From the IMG/VR virus record IMGVR_UViG_3300042502_001066: 64,000 nt of DNA; one strand, written 5' to 3'. A program made the translations under genes and the position numbers. The notes beneath the pieces are model-generated. The model did no database searches. It saw nothing but the letters and a program-made list of their open reading frames with translations, and was not told the DNA's origin. This stretch comes from an uncultured virus (IMG/VR IMGVR_UViG_3300042502_001066) (taxonomy: Duplodnaviria > Heunggongvirae > Uroviricota > Caudoviricetes). Within the stretch, counting starts at the first letter, position 1. Each line of letters starts with the position of its first letter. Shown here piece by piece: positions 50,560 to 59,565 of the stretch.

Positions 50560-51188
50560 ATAACGTTCAGGAACAATTTGGACGGTAGTTGGTAGTCATC
50601 TGATACCTTACCTTCAAAGTTGTCGTTTAATATCGATAGGAGAAGTTCTGAACTATAGTAACTATCTGATTTTACCTTTGTGAATTTCAGGTTACCTTCA
50701 TTACTTTCAAATTCCAATTTAATGTTTCTGAACTTAAAGTACGGTTGTGATTTCTCCGAGATTTTATAAAGGTAAGAATAAAGATTACCTAAATAGTTTT
50801 TAGAATAACCGTGAGGGAATGTTGATTGTATGGTTATTGATGATAGATTGTTTGTTGTGAAAGTTTCAGGATATTCAAATACGAATTTTGTATCCTCAAA
50901 GTTTGTGTCTTTGGTATCATAATCTATGATGTCCAATGTTTTAAGATTAAGAGCTGTTAAATCAGAATAGTTATTTTGTTCTTGTTCTATGAACTTATCT
51001 GTCAGATTGTAACATCCATATATTTTTGGATTCTTTGTATAACCTTTGATAATAAATAAACTATTACAATCAACAACTGATAGTTTTGTTTTATAAGTGT
51101 TATTATCACTTATTTCTTGACATAAGAAATCTGCAAACTTATTAACAAATTCTTGATTTAAAATACAACTCTCTTTTTCCATGTCCAA
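50556..51188 (-). CDS. Hypothetical protein, weak resemblance to MetK N-terminal/central domains
   Basis: VNKFADFL...IIKGYT and FPHGYS segments; MetK catalytic motifs absent. Confidence 0.35.
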   Translation of the reverse strand: MDMEKESCILNQEFVNKFADFLCQEISDNNTYKTKLSVVDCNSLFIIKGYTKNPKIYGCYNLTDKFIEQEQNNYSDLTALNLKTLDIIDYDTKDTNFEDTKFVFEYPETFTTNNLSSITIQSTFPHGYSKNYLGNLYSYLYKISEKSQPYFKFRNIKLEFESNEGNLKFTKVKSDSYYSSELLLSILNDNFEGKVSDDYQLPSKLFLNVI

Positions 51189-51238
51189 TTTTAGAACTAA
51201 AATTTTAAAGGTTAAAGTGTAAATAATTTTTTGTGTTA

Positions 51239-52351
51239 TTAGAAATAACTATTAAATTCAATATTAAGACATTTTTTAACGTCACCTAAATCGGGGTAGT
51301 CAGGAACTCTTCCAGAACTCAACCAATTTAAATCACCATTTTCAAATAAACTTTTAAGTAGGTTGATGTAACCTCCGTAATAATTTAAATTTTCATATGG
51401 GTTATTTACGTTACTTTCAAACCAAAGTTTAATATTATTATGAGCAGTTTTTGTAACTTCATATCTTACACCCCATCTTTCTGTTGATGTACTTTTATTG
51501 TAGTCGTGTTTTTTGTATTTATACTCTTCTGATTTTTTACTATCAATAACCTCACCGACTAATTGTCCTATAAGTGAGTCATACAATTCGTTAGCATAAA
51601 CCGACCCATAACAATTTGAGTATAATGAATATAATTCACTTCTTATATCTAATCCTAAGTTCATTATAAAGTATTCAACACAATCATTATCTTGTAAAAG
51701 TTTAGTGATTATCTCTTCATTTAATTTTAAATTCGACTCATCACCTTGTTCTATTGCTAAATCTTCTATTAATTCAGGAGTTAGATGTTCGATAGATAAA
51801 TTACCAATTTTAAGTAAATCTTCTTTGATATAACCTCTAATTTCTTCTTGGTATTTTGGTTCTAGTTCTTCATAAATATCTTTGAACTCATCACCTGTTA
51901 CGTCATCATATAAATAACCATCATAATCCCCATTTAATATTTCGGCAATTCTATCTTCACTAATATCGTTTCTACCACTACTAAAGAATTGTGCCAGTTC
52001 ACCAGAATCTTCTAAATCAACATAATATTTCCCATCAATTTCAGTTATATCTGAAAATTCCATTTCCATCATCTTATAGATGTAATTTGGGTCTTTTTGT
52101 ATTAACTGATAAATTATTTTATTTTGATAATCCGACCAGTCATTATTAAAAGGGTCAATGTAATGTGTTAAATTATTTTTAATTATTAACTCAAAAAATT
52201 TATCAAAACCACCTATGGTGTTTTCAATATCCTCTTCAGTAACATCTCCGTTTTGGAATAGAGTAATAAGTTTTACTAACTTATTTTGGAAAGCTGTTAG
52301 TACGGGTTTTTCCTCTTCTTCGTTTAAGTTTTTGAAAATTTTAAATTCCAT
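51239..52351 (-). CDS. Acidic hypothetical protein (candidate internal virion protein)
   Basis: MEFKIFKNLNE N-terminus; TATTTAT upstream. Confidence 0.55.
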   Translation of the reverse strand: MEFKIFKNLNEEEEKPVLTAFQNKLVKLITLFQNGDVTEEDIENTIGGFDKFFELIIKNNLTHYIDPFNNDWSDYQNKIIYQLIQKDPNYIYKMMEMEFSDITEIDGKYYVDLEDSGELAQFFSSGRNDISEDRIAEILNGDYDGYLYDDVTGDEFKDIYEELEPKYQEEIRGYIKEDLLKIGNLSIEHLTPELIEDLAIEQGDESNLKLNEEIITKLLQDNDCVEYFIMNLGLDIRSELYSLYSNCYGSVYANELYDSLIGQLVGEVIDSKKSEEYKYKKHDYNKSTSTERWGVRYEVTKTAHNNIKLWFESNVNNPYENLNYYGGYINLLKSLFENGDLNWLSSGRVPDYPDLGDVKKCLNIEFNSYF

Positions 52352-52363
52352 AATGATAAATAT

Positions 52364-52389
52364 AAAAAAAGGGGAAAAATTCCCCTTTT
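52364..52389. terminator. Intrinsic terminator
   Basis: A-run AAGGGGAA-AAA-TTCCCCTTTT; gives hairpin plus T-run on the minus strand. Confidence 0.65.
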
Positions 52390-52413
52390 AGTTTTCTTAT
52401 GTTGCGGGAAAGA

Positions 52414-52455
52414 TTATTTTCCACATCCGCAACCACCACCGTTGTTGTTCTTCAT
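52414..52455 (-). CDS. Micropeptide MKNNNGGGCGCGK, 13 aa
   Basis: ATG with A-rich leader; shares GCGC with the upstream ORF; terminator follows. Confidence 0.4.
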   Translation of the reverse strand: MKNNNGGGCGCGK

Positions 52456-52479
52456 TGTTTTTAATTTATTAGAGGTTTA

Positions 52480-52605
52480 TTACTTTTTCTTGTTTTTGTT
52501 GTAGTACTTATCAATAGTACTTTGAATTGCTGTTCTGATACTCTCAGTTCTTAACTTTTTCACCTGTTCAGGTGACGCACTTTGTTTTTTACATCCACAT
52601 CCCAT
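52480..52605 (-). CDS. Small basic peptide with MGCGC N-terminus, 41 aa
   Basis: MGCGCKKQSASPEQVKKLRTESIRTAIQSTIDKYYNKNKKK; TATTTATA upstream (52622-52629). Confidence 0.65.
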   Translation of the reverse strand: MGCGCKKQSASPEQVKKLRTESIRTAIQSTIDKYYNKNKKK

Positions 52606-52695
52606 ATTGTTGGTATTTTATTATAAATATTTACCACATGTGATTTAATAGTAAATAATATAGTTATTTTAATATTTATTAATATAATTTTTATC

Positions 52696-53994
52696 ATGAG
52701 AGTTAATATAGATATATCACAAATACAAAAGGTTGTTCAGATGTTGGTTGAGGAAGAAGGACAAGAGAGTGTTGTTATAACACCTGAGCAATATATTGAC
52801 TTATTAAAGTTTACTAACTATAACGGTAAATTGGTTCAAAATATGAAACAATTCAGAGGTAAACGAATTGTTATTGATGGTGACTTAAGTTTGAGAAATA
52901 CGGATGCTAATAACATTACAAATATCACAGTTAATGGTGGTTTAGATTTATCATACACTCAAATTAACTCTCTTGAGGGTCTTATATACAATAATATTTC
53001 AACATATGGAACACCGTATGAAAAAATTCAAATCAAAAAACAAAGACAGATTGAATTAGCCAAACAAAACGATTTACGACAAGAGGACGAATGGAATTTA
53101 GAAACTGCGACTAGTGAGATTGCGATTTTGGCAAATGTTTTATTTGAGTATCTGACTTCATCTTTTGGTCTTTATGAGGCTAAAGAACCTAATCATGATG
53201 CAAGGTTACAGGAACTTTATACTGCAAAAGAAAGAATGGAGGAAATTGAGAAAGAAACAGAAGATAATGAAAATCTGATGGATTTAGAAGCGGTTGAAGA
53301 AGAAATTGAAGAACTTGAAAAAAGAATTGACTTATATAATTTGGTTTATGATTACAAATATTATAGTATGAGAACTTTTTATTTGTTAACTGACGAATTA
53401 GAAGAATCAAAAGAAAGATGGGCGGTTGGTGATAATTATAGAACCCACATGTCGGCATATGAAAGAATTGATGAATTGATTGATGATATCGGAATAAAAG
53501 GTTTTAATTCTAGTTTTGTTGAAGATTATATTGATATTGAAGAACTTAAGGAAACTTTTAGAGACGATGAAGAAAATAATGTTAGAGAAAACCTTGAAGA
53601 CTTTTTTGACGAGGAAGATTTTGAATATTCCGACCCGGCAGTTCAAGAAAGGATTGATGAAATTGAATTGTTTTTAGAAGATTCTGAAATAGACCAAGAA
53701 AAAAAAGATGAATTAAATGAAGAACTTGATGAGTTAAGAGATAGTGATAAAACTGTCCCTGAAAATTTAATTGAGGAAAAGGTTGAAGATTTAATTAATG
53801 ATTTGGTTGATGACCCTGCGAACGTAATTGAAGAATATGGTTTGAATATTGAAAACTTTATAGATATAAAAGGATTTAAAGAAGGGTTAATTCAAACTGA
53901 CGGTATTGGTCACACACTGAACTCTTACGATGGTGATTACGATACTATTGAATTTAATGATGAAACATATTACATTTTACAAATAGAAGGGTAA
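52696..53994 (+). CDS. Very acidic hypothetical protein (candidate internal virion protein)
   Basis: IQKVVQMLVE N-terminus; GDLSL/GGLDLS short repeats; GHTLNSYDG. Confidence 0.55.
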   Translation: MRVNIDISQIQKVVQMLVEEEGQESVVITPEQYIDLLKFTNYNGKLVQNMKQFRGKRIVIDGDLSLRNTDANNITNITVNGGLDLSYTQINSLEGLIYNNISTYGTPYEKIQIKKQRQIELAKQNDLRQEDEWNLETATSEIAILANVLFEYLTSSFGLYEAKEPNHDARLQELYTAKERMEEIEKETEDNENLMDLEAVEEEIEELEKRIDLYNLVYDYKYYSMRTFYLLTDELEESKERWAVGDNYRTHMSAYERIDELIDDIGIKGFNSSFVEDYIDIEELKETFRDDEENNVRENLEDFFDEEDFEYSDPAVQERIDEIELFLEDSEIDQEKKDELNEELDELRDSDKTVPENLIEEKVEDLINDLVDDPANVIEEYGLNIENFIDIKGFKEGLIQTDGIGHTLNSYDGDYDTIEFNDETYYILQIEG

Positions 53995-53995
53995 A

Positions 53996-54757
53996 ATGGA
54001 AACCAAATCAAGAAAAAGAAGAACGAAAAAAAATAATCATTTCAGATTAACAACCGACTGGTTATTAACAGAACCAATTGACTACGAACACAAATATTAT
54101 ATGTTGATGGACTTTTTAAAGTTCTGTGACGATAAGATTGAGAAGTTTGAGTTATATCCATTATTTAGTGAAATGTCATTACACTTGGCTAATCTACAAG
54201 TGATGTCTTCGGAATTCAAATACATCGTTGTTAATAAGAAGTTTGAAGTTATTGATGATGAAATACTAATCAATGAACTTAAATTCACACCCATCCCAAA
54301 ATTAAATGATGATGAGTTGGAAGAATTAAATAAGGTATTAAAATATGCCGGACCAAAGTTTTTTGAATATTTCAATGTCATCAAAGCTCTTTGGACATTA
54401 ACATACGACTCGGTTTCAATCAAACACACCAACGAAAATAAGAAACAGGATTTAGAAAGAGGTTACTTCTTCACACTTAACGGGAACAACAAAAGGATTT
54501 GGAAGTATACAACTGGTGGTATTGATACGGTTAAACACGACAGTAAATTTGCGGTTCAGTTGATATTTGATGGGGAAAGTAAAAAGGTAATTAGAACAAT
54601 ATTAAATGAATTAACACAAGATATAAGTTTACCCATCTTTGAATTAATGTCTTCCAACGACCTACCATTTGAAAATACACTCCTACCAATCTTTAAAAGA
54701 AAGGTATTAAGTTACATAGTTCAGAAAAAAACAATTGTAAATCTAAAAAAAGATTAA
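53996..54757 (+). CDS. Conserved hypothetical protein
   Basis: W...PIDYEHKYY.L..FL, LYP, TLLPIFKRK motifs resembling a Bacteroidota hypothetical family (from memory). Confidence 0.55.
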   Translation: METKSRKRRTKKNNHFRLTTDWLLTEPIDYEHKYYMLMDFLKFCDDKIEKFELYPLFSEMSLHLANLQVMSSEFKYIVVNKKFEVIDDEILINELKFTPIPKLNDDELEELNKVLKYAGPKFFEYFNVIKALWTLTYDSVSIKHTNENKKQDLERGYFFTLNGNNKRIWKYTTGGIDTVKHDSKFAVQLIFDGESKKVIRTILNELTQDISLPIFELMSSNDLPFENTLLPIFKRKVLSYIVQKKTIVNLKKD

Positions 54758-54769
54758 TATATTTGTTAT

Positions 54770-54931
54770 ATGGGATTCAACAAAAAAATAATAGGAGAAG
54801 AACAAATCAAAAGTTTAGAAAAAGATTTAACTATTATTAATCATTATCTCAAAGCCGATTCAATCATTTTCACAAATAACGACGTTGCCAAAAAATTTAA
54901 AGAGTATGAGAAACAATATAGACCCGTATGA
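54770..54931 (+). CDS. Small hypothetical protein, 53 aa (MGFNKK...)
   Basis: Hand translation; TATATTTG 4 nt upstream; missed by track. Confidence 0.6.
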   Translation: MGFNKKIIGEEQIKSLEKDLTIINHYLKADSIIFTNNDVAKKFKEYEKQYRPV

Positions 54932-55106
54932 AGTTCTGTTAAGAAAACTTGAAAAACCAGTTCATATCAATTACATTTGTGATTATATCCTACGAGTTGG
55001 AATCGACGAAACAAGAAAACGAATTGAAAAACTTGTAAGTGAGGGTATACTTGAAGAAAGTAAATATGGAAAAGAATATTATGTCAGAACAAAAAGAAAT
55101 GGTTAA
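54906..55106 (+). CDS. Small winged-helix-like protein
   Basis: ETRKRIEKLVSEGILEE..YG..YYV pattern; ATG start 54906. Confidence 0.45.
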   Translation: MRNNIDPYEVLLRKLEKPVHINYICDYILRVGIDETRKRIEKLVSEGILEESKYGKEYYVRTKRNG

Positions 55107-55308
55107 TCACCCATCACACTATGGTGGTGAAGATAATCCATATGAAGCTATCAAAGTCATTGATGCTTGGGGTTTAGATAAAGATTTTTATTTGGGTAAT
55201 GCGGTCAAATACCTATCACGTGCTGGTAAGAAAGACAATGTGGTTCAGGACCTGAAGAAAGCTATATGGTATATTGAAAAAAAGATAGAAAAATTACAGA
55301 ATGATTGA
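55081..55308 (+). CDS. DUF3310-family protein
   Basis: VNHPSHY, EAIKVI, GNAVKY..RAGKK, DLKKAIWY. Confidence 0.85.
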   Translation: MSEQKEMVNHPSHYGGEDNPYEAIKVIDAWGLDKDFYLGNAVKYLSRAGKKDNVVQDLKKAIWYIEKKIEKLQND

Positions 55309-56158
55309 GAATTATATTAATAAGGTAATCAATGGTGACACCATTGATGTAATGAAAGAGATGCCTGAAGGTTGGGTTGATTTAGTTGTAACGTCACCAC
55401 CATATAATGTGGGTATCCAATACGACACACATAATGATGAGATTGTTATGGATGAATATTGGGATTGGTCTGAAAAATGGTTAACGGAGGCTTATCGTTT
55501 ACTTAAAGACGATGGAAGAATGGCTATTAACATACCATATGAGGTAAATGTACAAGCTCGTGGTGGTAGAGTATTCTTTGCCTCTGAGATATATCAGGTG
55601 ATGAAAAAAGTTGGGTTTAAGTTCTACGGTATTGTTGACCTTGAAGAAGACTCGCCACATAGAAGTAAGACAACTGCTTGGGGTTCTTGGATGAGTCCAT
55701 CGGCACCTTACATTTATAACCCAAAAGAGTGTGTTATTCTTGCTTATAAGAAAGTTCATATTAAGAAAATTAAAGGTGAACCACAATGGAAAGGTGAACC
55801 TTATCTAACTGAAGAGGGAAAGAACAAAGTTGCTTATTCTGAACAAGATAAGAAAGAGTTCATGGAATTGGTGTTTGGACAATGGAAATACTTTGCTGAC
55901 ACTCGTTCATTAACAAAGGCAACGTTCTCGATGGATATTCCCGAAAAGGCAATTAAGATATTATCATATAGAAATGATATTGTTTTAGACCCTTTCAATG
56001 GTTCAGGAACCAGTTGTGTGGCAGCAGTTGTTCATGACAGAAGATGGGTTGGTATTGAATTGAGTGAAAACTATTGTGAAATTGCTAAACAACGAATACA
56101 AAGTTTTGTTGACCAAAAGAACCAACAGAAGTTACAATTTGAAAACGGAGTCCAATAA
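55301..56158 (+). CDS. Beta-class DNA methyltransferase (N4C-type SPPY)
   Basis: TSPPYN, DPFNGSGTS, GIELS. Confidence 0.9.
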   Translation: MIENYINKVINGDTIDVMKEMPEGWVDLVVTSPPYNVGIQYDTHNDEIVMDEYWDWSEKWLTEAYRLLKDDGRMAINIPYEVNVQARGGRVFFASEIYQVMKKVGFKFYGIVDLEEDSPHRSKTTAWGSWMSPSAPYIYNPKECVILAYKKVHIKKIKGEPQWKGEPYLTEEGKNKVAYSEQDKKEFMELVFGQWKYFADTRSLTKATFSMDIPEKAIKILSYRNDIVLDPFNGSGTSCVAAVVHDRRWVGIELSENYCEIAKQRIQSFVDQKNQQKLQFENGVQ

Positions 56159-56171
56159 ACTCCGTTTTTTT
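56142..56171 (+). terminator. Intrinsic terminator
   Basis: AAAACGGAG...CTCCGTTTTTTT. Confidence 0.7.
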
Positions 56172-56203
56172 ATTTATTTGTATATTTATAATTAAATGTT
56201 ATT

Positions 56204-56575
56204 ATGAAAAATTCGGAAGTTGTTAAATTTTTACTAGAAACACAAACTCAGTTTAGAATACTACACTGGCAAACAAAATCATTCTCAAGACATGAGGCTT
56301 ATGGGCGTATTTATGATTCACTTGATGATTTGATTGATAAGTTTGTTGAAGTTTGTATGGGTAAACACGGAAGACCTAGTTTTACAGGCGGTTATACATT
56401 AGCGGGTAGAGATATTGAAGAACTTGAGTTAACTGAGTTTATTAATTTAGTATGTGAATACTTGGTGGGATTGTCTGAAAGCTACGACCCAAAGATGGAC
56501 TCAGATTTATTAAACATTAGAGACGAAATGTTAGCGGAAATTAACCAGTTGAAATACTTGTTAACTTTAAAATAG
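56204..56575 (+). CDS. Ferritin/Dps-like protein (DUF5856-like)
   Basis: LHWQT.S...HEA....YD.L..LID.FVE...G, NIRDEM....N..KYLL. Confidence 0.75.
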   Translation: MKNSEVVKFLLETQTQFRILHWQTKSFSRHEAYGRIYDSLDDLIDKFVEVCMGKHGRPSFTGGYTLAGRDIEELELTEFINLVCEYLVGLSESYDPKMDSDLLNIRDEMLAEINQLKYLLTLK

Positions 56576-56597
56576 AGGTATATTACTTTTTTACTTT

Positions 56598-56630
56598 AAA
56601 AGGTTCATCGTAATGATGAACTTTTTTTTT
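56598..56630 (+). terminator. Intrinsic terminator
   Basis: AAAAGGTTCATC-GTAAT-GATGAACTTTT plus T-run. Confidence 0.75.
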
Positions 56631-56649
56631 GTTATAATATTTATTATTA

Positions 56650-58056
56650 ATGAAAAAGATAATTTCTGAAGGTGGTATTAGAAACATAAAAGAACTTTCT
56701 AATAGATACAGCAAAGCGAAGATATACTTTCACCAAGATTTAGATGGTGTTGCAACTGCATTAGCAATGAAAAAGTATTTGGAAGACAATGGAATTAAAG
56801 TTGTTGATGTTGAAGTAATCCAATACGGAGATAAAGAATTTGCGGTTAAGAAGGCGGATGCTGAAGGTGAAATTATGCCAGTTCTTGTTGACTTTGCTCA
56901 CGGAAAACCAATGTTCGTGGTTCATACCGACCACCACGACAGACAAGCCGGAGCTGACGAAACTAAGTCAACTCAGTTCAGAGGGGCTCGTTCAAATGTT
57001 GAAACTCTTTCACAGATTGTCCCGGCTTCTGAAATTTTCACACCAGAAGATGTTGCGACAATATCTATGGTTGATAGTGCTGATTACGCTTCCAAAAACA
57101 TTACACCTGAAATGGTGATGAATTATGTTTATGGTACATCAAAAGAAAAGAGTGCTAAAGAAAATAGAATGTTATTAGGTTTGGTTACCAACAAATTATT
57201 GTTGGCTTTCAAAAGTAAACCAGGATTTTTAGAGACATTAGTATTAGATTGTAAACCTTCACTTCTTTCAATCTTCAATAAGATTAAGGAATTAATGAAG
57301 ACAAACAGATATGCTGATATATCTTCATTAGAGAAAAACAAAGAAGATTACGTTCAGACAATGAAAGGACATAAGAATGTTCAGGTTAAAGATAATATCA
57401 TCGTTCAGTATGGTGGTGGAAGTATGATGAGACCTGGTTCATATGATAGATATACCCCATTTAGAAACAACCCTGATGCTGACTTCCTTGTTATTGCTTG
57501 GCCACTTGGTTTATTACAGGCATCATGTAACCCTTTTAAAAAAGAAAGAGAACTTAAAGGTGTTAACTTGGGAGAGATTGCTCAAGAAGTATTGGGACAT
57601 TGGGAATCACAATTAAAAGAAAAACAAGTCCCATTATCAACAATCAAGTGGGTTTCTGAAACTGCTGCGAAAGAAGAATCAGTTGGATTTACCTTTAAGG
57701 ATTTTGCTGCAATATACGGAGACAAATACTTGGATGAGAAAGATGGTGTTAAAACACTTATGGATATTAAATCTTTGATGGAAAAGAAATCAACTGAACT
57801 GACTGAAGAAGAATGGAGTGTTTTAGATGGTGTTACCGTTCCTGTATGGGAAGTTATCCAAGCCAATTCAGGTGGACACAAGTGTATTACAAATATATCA
57901 GGATTAAACTATATTGGAAGAAGTAAGAGACCACCACAAGGTAAGTACAAGTATGAGTCTGAAAAAGAAGATTCACCTTATATTAAATTCTTAAAGATGT
58001 TACAGAATAGATTTGTTAGTGTCCTACAAGAAAAAATTGAGTCTTCAAAGAATTGA
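56650..58056 (+). CDS. DHH-family phosphoesterase
   Basis: HQDLDG, VDF, TDHH, SGGH motifs. Confidence 0.7.
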   Translation: MKKIISEGGIRNIKELSNRYSKAKIYFHQDLDGVATALAMKKYLEDNGIKVVDVEVIQYGDKEFAVKKADAEGEIMPVLVDFAHGKPMFVVHTDHHDRQAGADETKSTQFRGARSNVETLSQIVPASEIFTPEDVATISMVDSADYASKNITPEMVMNYVYGTSKEKSAKENRMLLGLVTNKLLLAFKSKPGFLETLVLDCKPSLLSIFNKIKELMKTNRYADISSLEKNKEDYVQTMKGHKNVQVKDNIIVQYGGGSMMRPGSYDRYTPFRNNPDADFLVIAWPLGLLQASCNPFKKERELKGVNLGEIAQEVLGHWESQLKEKQVPLSTIKWVSETAAKEESVGFTFKDFAAIYGDKYLDEKDGVKTLMDIKSLMEKKSTELTEEEWSVLDGVTVPVWEVIQANSGGHKCITNISGLNYIGRSKRPPQGKYKYESEKEDSPYIKFLKMLQNRFVSVLQEKIESSKN

Positions 58057-58061
58057 GTTAT

Positions 58062-58553
58062 TCACAATTTTTTATAGAAAAAATCCTTAAACCCATTTGT
58101 TTGGTGTACTTTGTACCCATGTTTTTTGTTTAACTCTTGTGATGCCTCATTTTTTAAACTGACTATTGAAGTTGCGTAATCAAAACCCCTAGATTTGGCA
58201 ATTTCATGACATTCATTTTTTAGAATGTCGGCATATCCTCTGTTTCTATGATTTTCATCCACAAATAAACTATGTAAATAAACGGAGTTTTTACCATTAA
58301 AAAAATTATCGTCACACATCTCTCTACAATATTCCGTCTTTTTATTATTAAATCTATTAATATCAGGGTCCAACCCAATTGATGAATCATAGTCAAGTAC
58401 ATTAGTACTACCAATCATATTTTTGTCCTTATCGTAAAGACATATTCTTAAACCTGGACTTACACTCAAATCGCCCTCAAAAATAATTTCAGGTTGGTTA
58501 ATCGACTCAAGAACCAATTTTTTTAAAATAGAAATTTGAGAAAGTCTTTTCAT
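58062..58553 (-). CDS. GNAT-family acetyltransferase
   Basis: YLHSLFVDENHRNRGYA motif A; NEAS..L.KKHGY motif B. Confidence 0.8.
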   Translation of the reverse strand: MKRLSQISILKKLVLESINQPEIIFEGDLSVSPGLRICLYDKDKNMIGSTNVLDYDSSIGLDPDINRFNNKKTEYCREMCDDNFFNGKNSVYLHSLFVDENHRNRGYADILKNECHEIAKSRGFDYATSIVSLKNEASQELNKKHGYKVHQTNGFKDFFYKKL

Positions 58554-58589
58554 TAGTTAGTTTTCACCTATTTATAAATATAAGTATAT

Positions 58590-58623
58590 ATGAAACAAAG
58601 TGCGGGAATAATTGTAAAAGTAA
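58590..58623 (+). repeat. 34-bp copy of the Nudix gene 5' end
   Basis: ATGAAACAAAGTGCGGGAATAATTGTAAAAGTAA vs 59004-59037, one mismatch. Confidence 0.9.
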
Positions 58624-58629
58624 GAAAGT

Positions 58630-58983
58630 TTAAACTTTAATTAAAAACTTACAGATATCACCTTCTTCAATATTTTCATCTTGACAACGACCACCTTCTA
58701 TTTCTAAAACATAGGTTCCAGAACCTTCGTAACTTTGACAAAGTTCATCTTCACATGGTTCACAGTTGTGGTGTATTTTTGTTATCTTATAGTTTTCATC
58801 TATAAAGATAATATCCAAAGGAATAATACAGTTCATCATCCAAAAACTGTGTTCACCTTTACCCATTAAAAATAGCATACCATCAAATCCGATAAATTCA
58901 CGACCTATCATCCCTCTTTGAGTTTCAGATTTGGTTTTACAAACTTTGACTTTAAAAATTTCTTTATTTATTATTACAAACAT
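58630..58983 (-). CDS. DUF192-family protein
   Basis: RGM, GMLF, FWMMNC.IPLDIIFID, YVLEI.GG. Confidence 0.85.
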   Translation of the reverse strand: MFVIINKEIFKVKVCKTKSETQRGMIGREFIGFDGMLFLMGKGEHSFWMMNCIIPLDIIFIDENYKITKIHHNCEPCEDELCQSYEGSGTYVLEIEGGRCQDENIEEGDICKFLIKV

Positions 58984-59003
58984 AGTTATATATAAATAGT
59001 ATT

Positions 59004-59414
59004 ATGAAACAAAGTGCAGGAATAATTGTAAAAGTAAATAACAGATGTTTAGTTTGTAAGAGAGCTGTCGAAATTAATGAACCATCAAAATGGGCAATAC
59101 CTATGGGTGGTATAGAAGAAGGTGAAGACCCAAAGGATGCTGCGTATAGAGAGTTCTATGAAGAGATGGGTGTTAGTGTTGATGGTGTCATTAAACCTTT
59201 ATCTAGAATTAATCGTTATAATAAGTTAGGACAGGTAAAAACAATTTTACATGTCTTTATTTTTAAAACCGATACTGAAATCATTCCGGATTTAGATGGA
59301 GCAGCGGATGGTTTTGAACACACAGAGTGCGCTTATATGACTTTAGAAGAAATTAAAGGACTTAATATGTCATCAGGTATTAAGGAAGTTTTAACTGATG
59401 TGTTAAACTTTTGA
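59004..59414 (+). CDS. Nudix hydrolase
   Basis: GGIEEGEDPKDAAYREFYEEMG Nudix box. Confidence 0.88.
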   Translation: MKQSAGIIVKVNNRCLVCKRAVEINEPSKWAIPMGGIEEGEDPKDAAYREFYEEMGVSVDGVIKPLSRINRYNKLGQVKTILHVFIFKTDTEIIPDLDGAADGFEHTECAYMTLEEIKGLNMSSGIKEVLTDVLNF

Positions 59415-59432
59415 TTTTTTTGATATATTTAT

Positions 59433-59463
59433 TTGACACTACGGAATATTCGCCGTAAGTTTG
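59433..59463 (+). promoter_or_regulatory. Promoter P1 of the giant RNA locus
   Basis: TTGACA-N17-TAAGTTTG. Confidence 0.8.
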
Positions 59464-59534
59464 TAAAAGATTTAACACTCATAGGGGATGAAAGATACTC
59501 GGTAGTTAAATCAAAAAAAAAGTTCACAAACTAC

Positions 59535-59565
59535 TTGACAGAAAGAAAAAAAAGTCGTAAGTTTG
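59535..59565 (+). promoter_or_regulatory. Promoter P2 of the giant RNA locus
   Basis: TTGACA-N17-TAAGTTTG; shares 20 identical bp (CGTAAGTTTGTAAAAGATTT) with P1. Confidence 0.8.
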
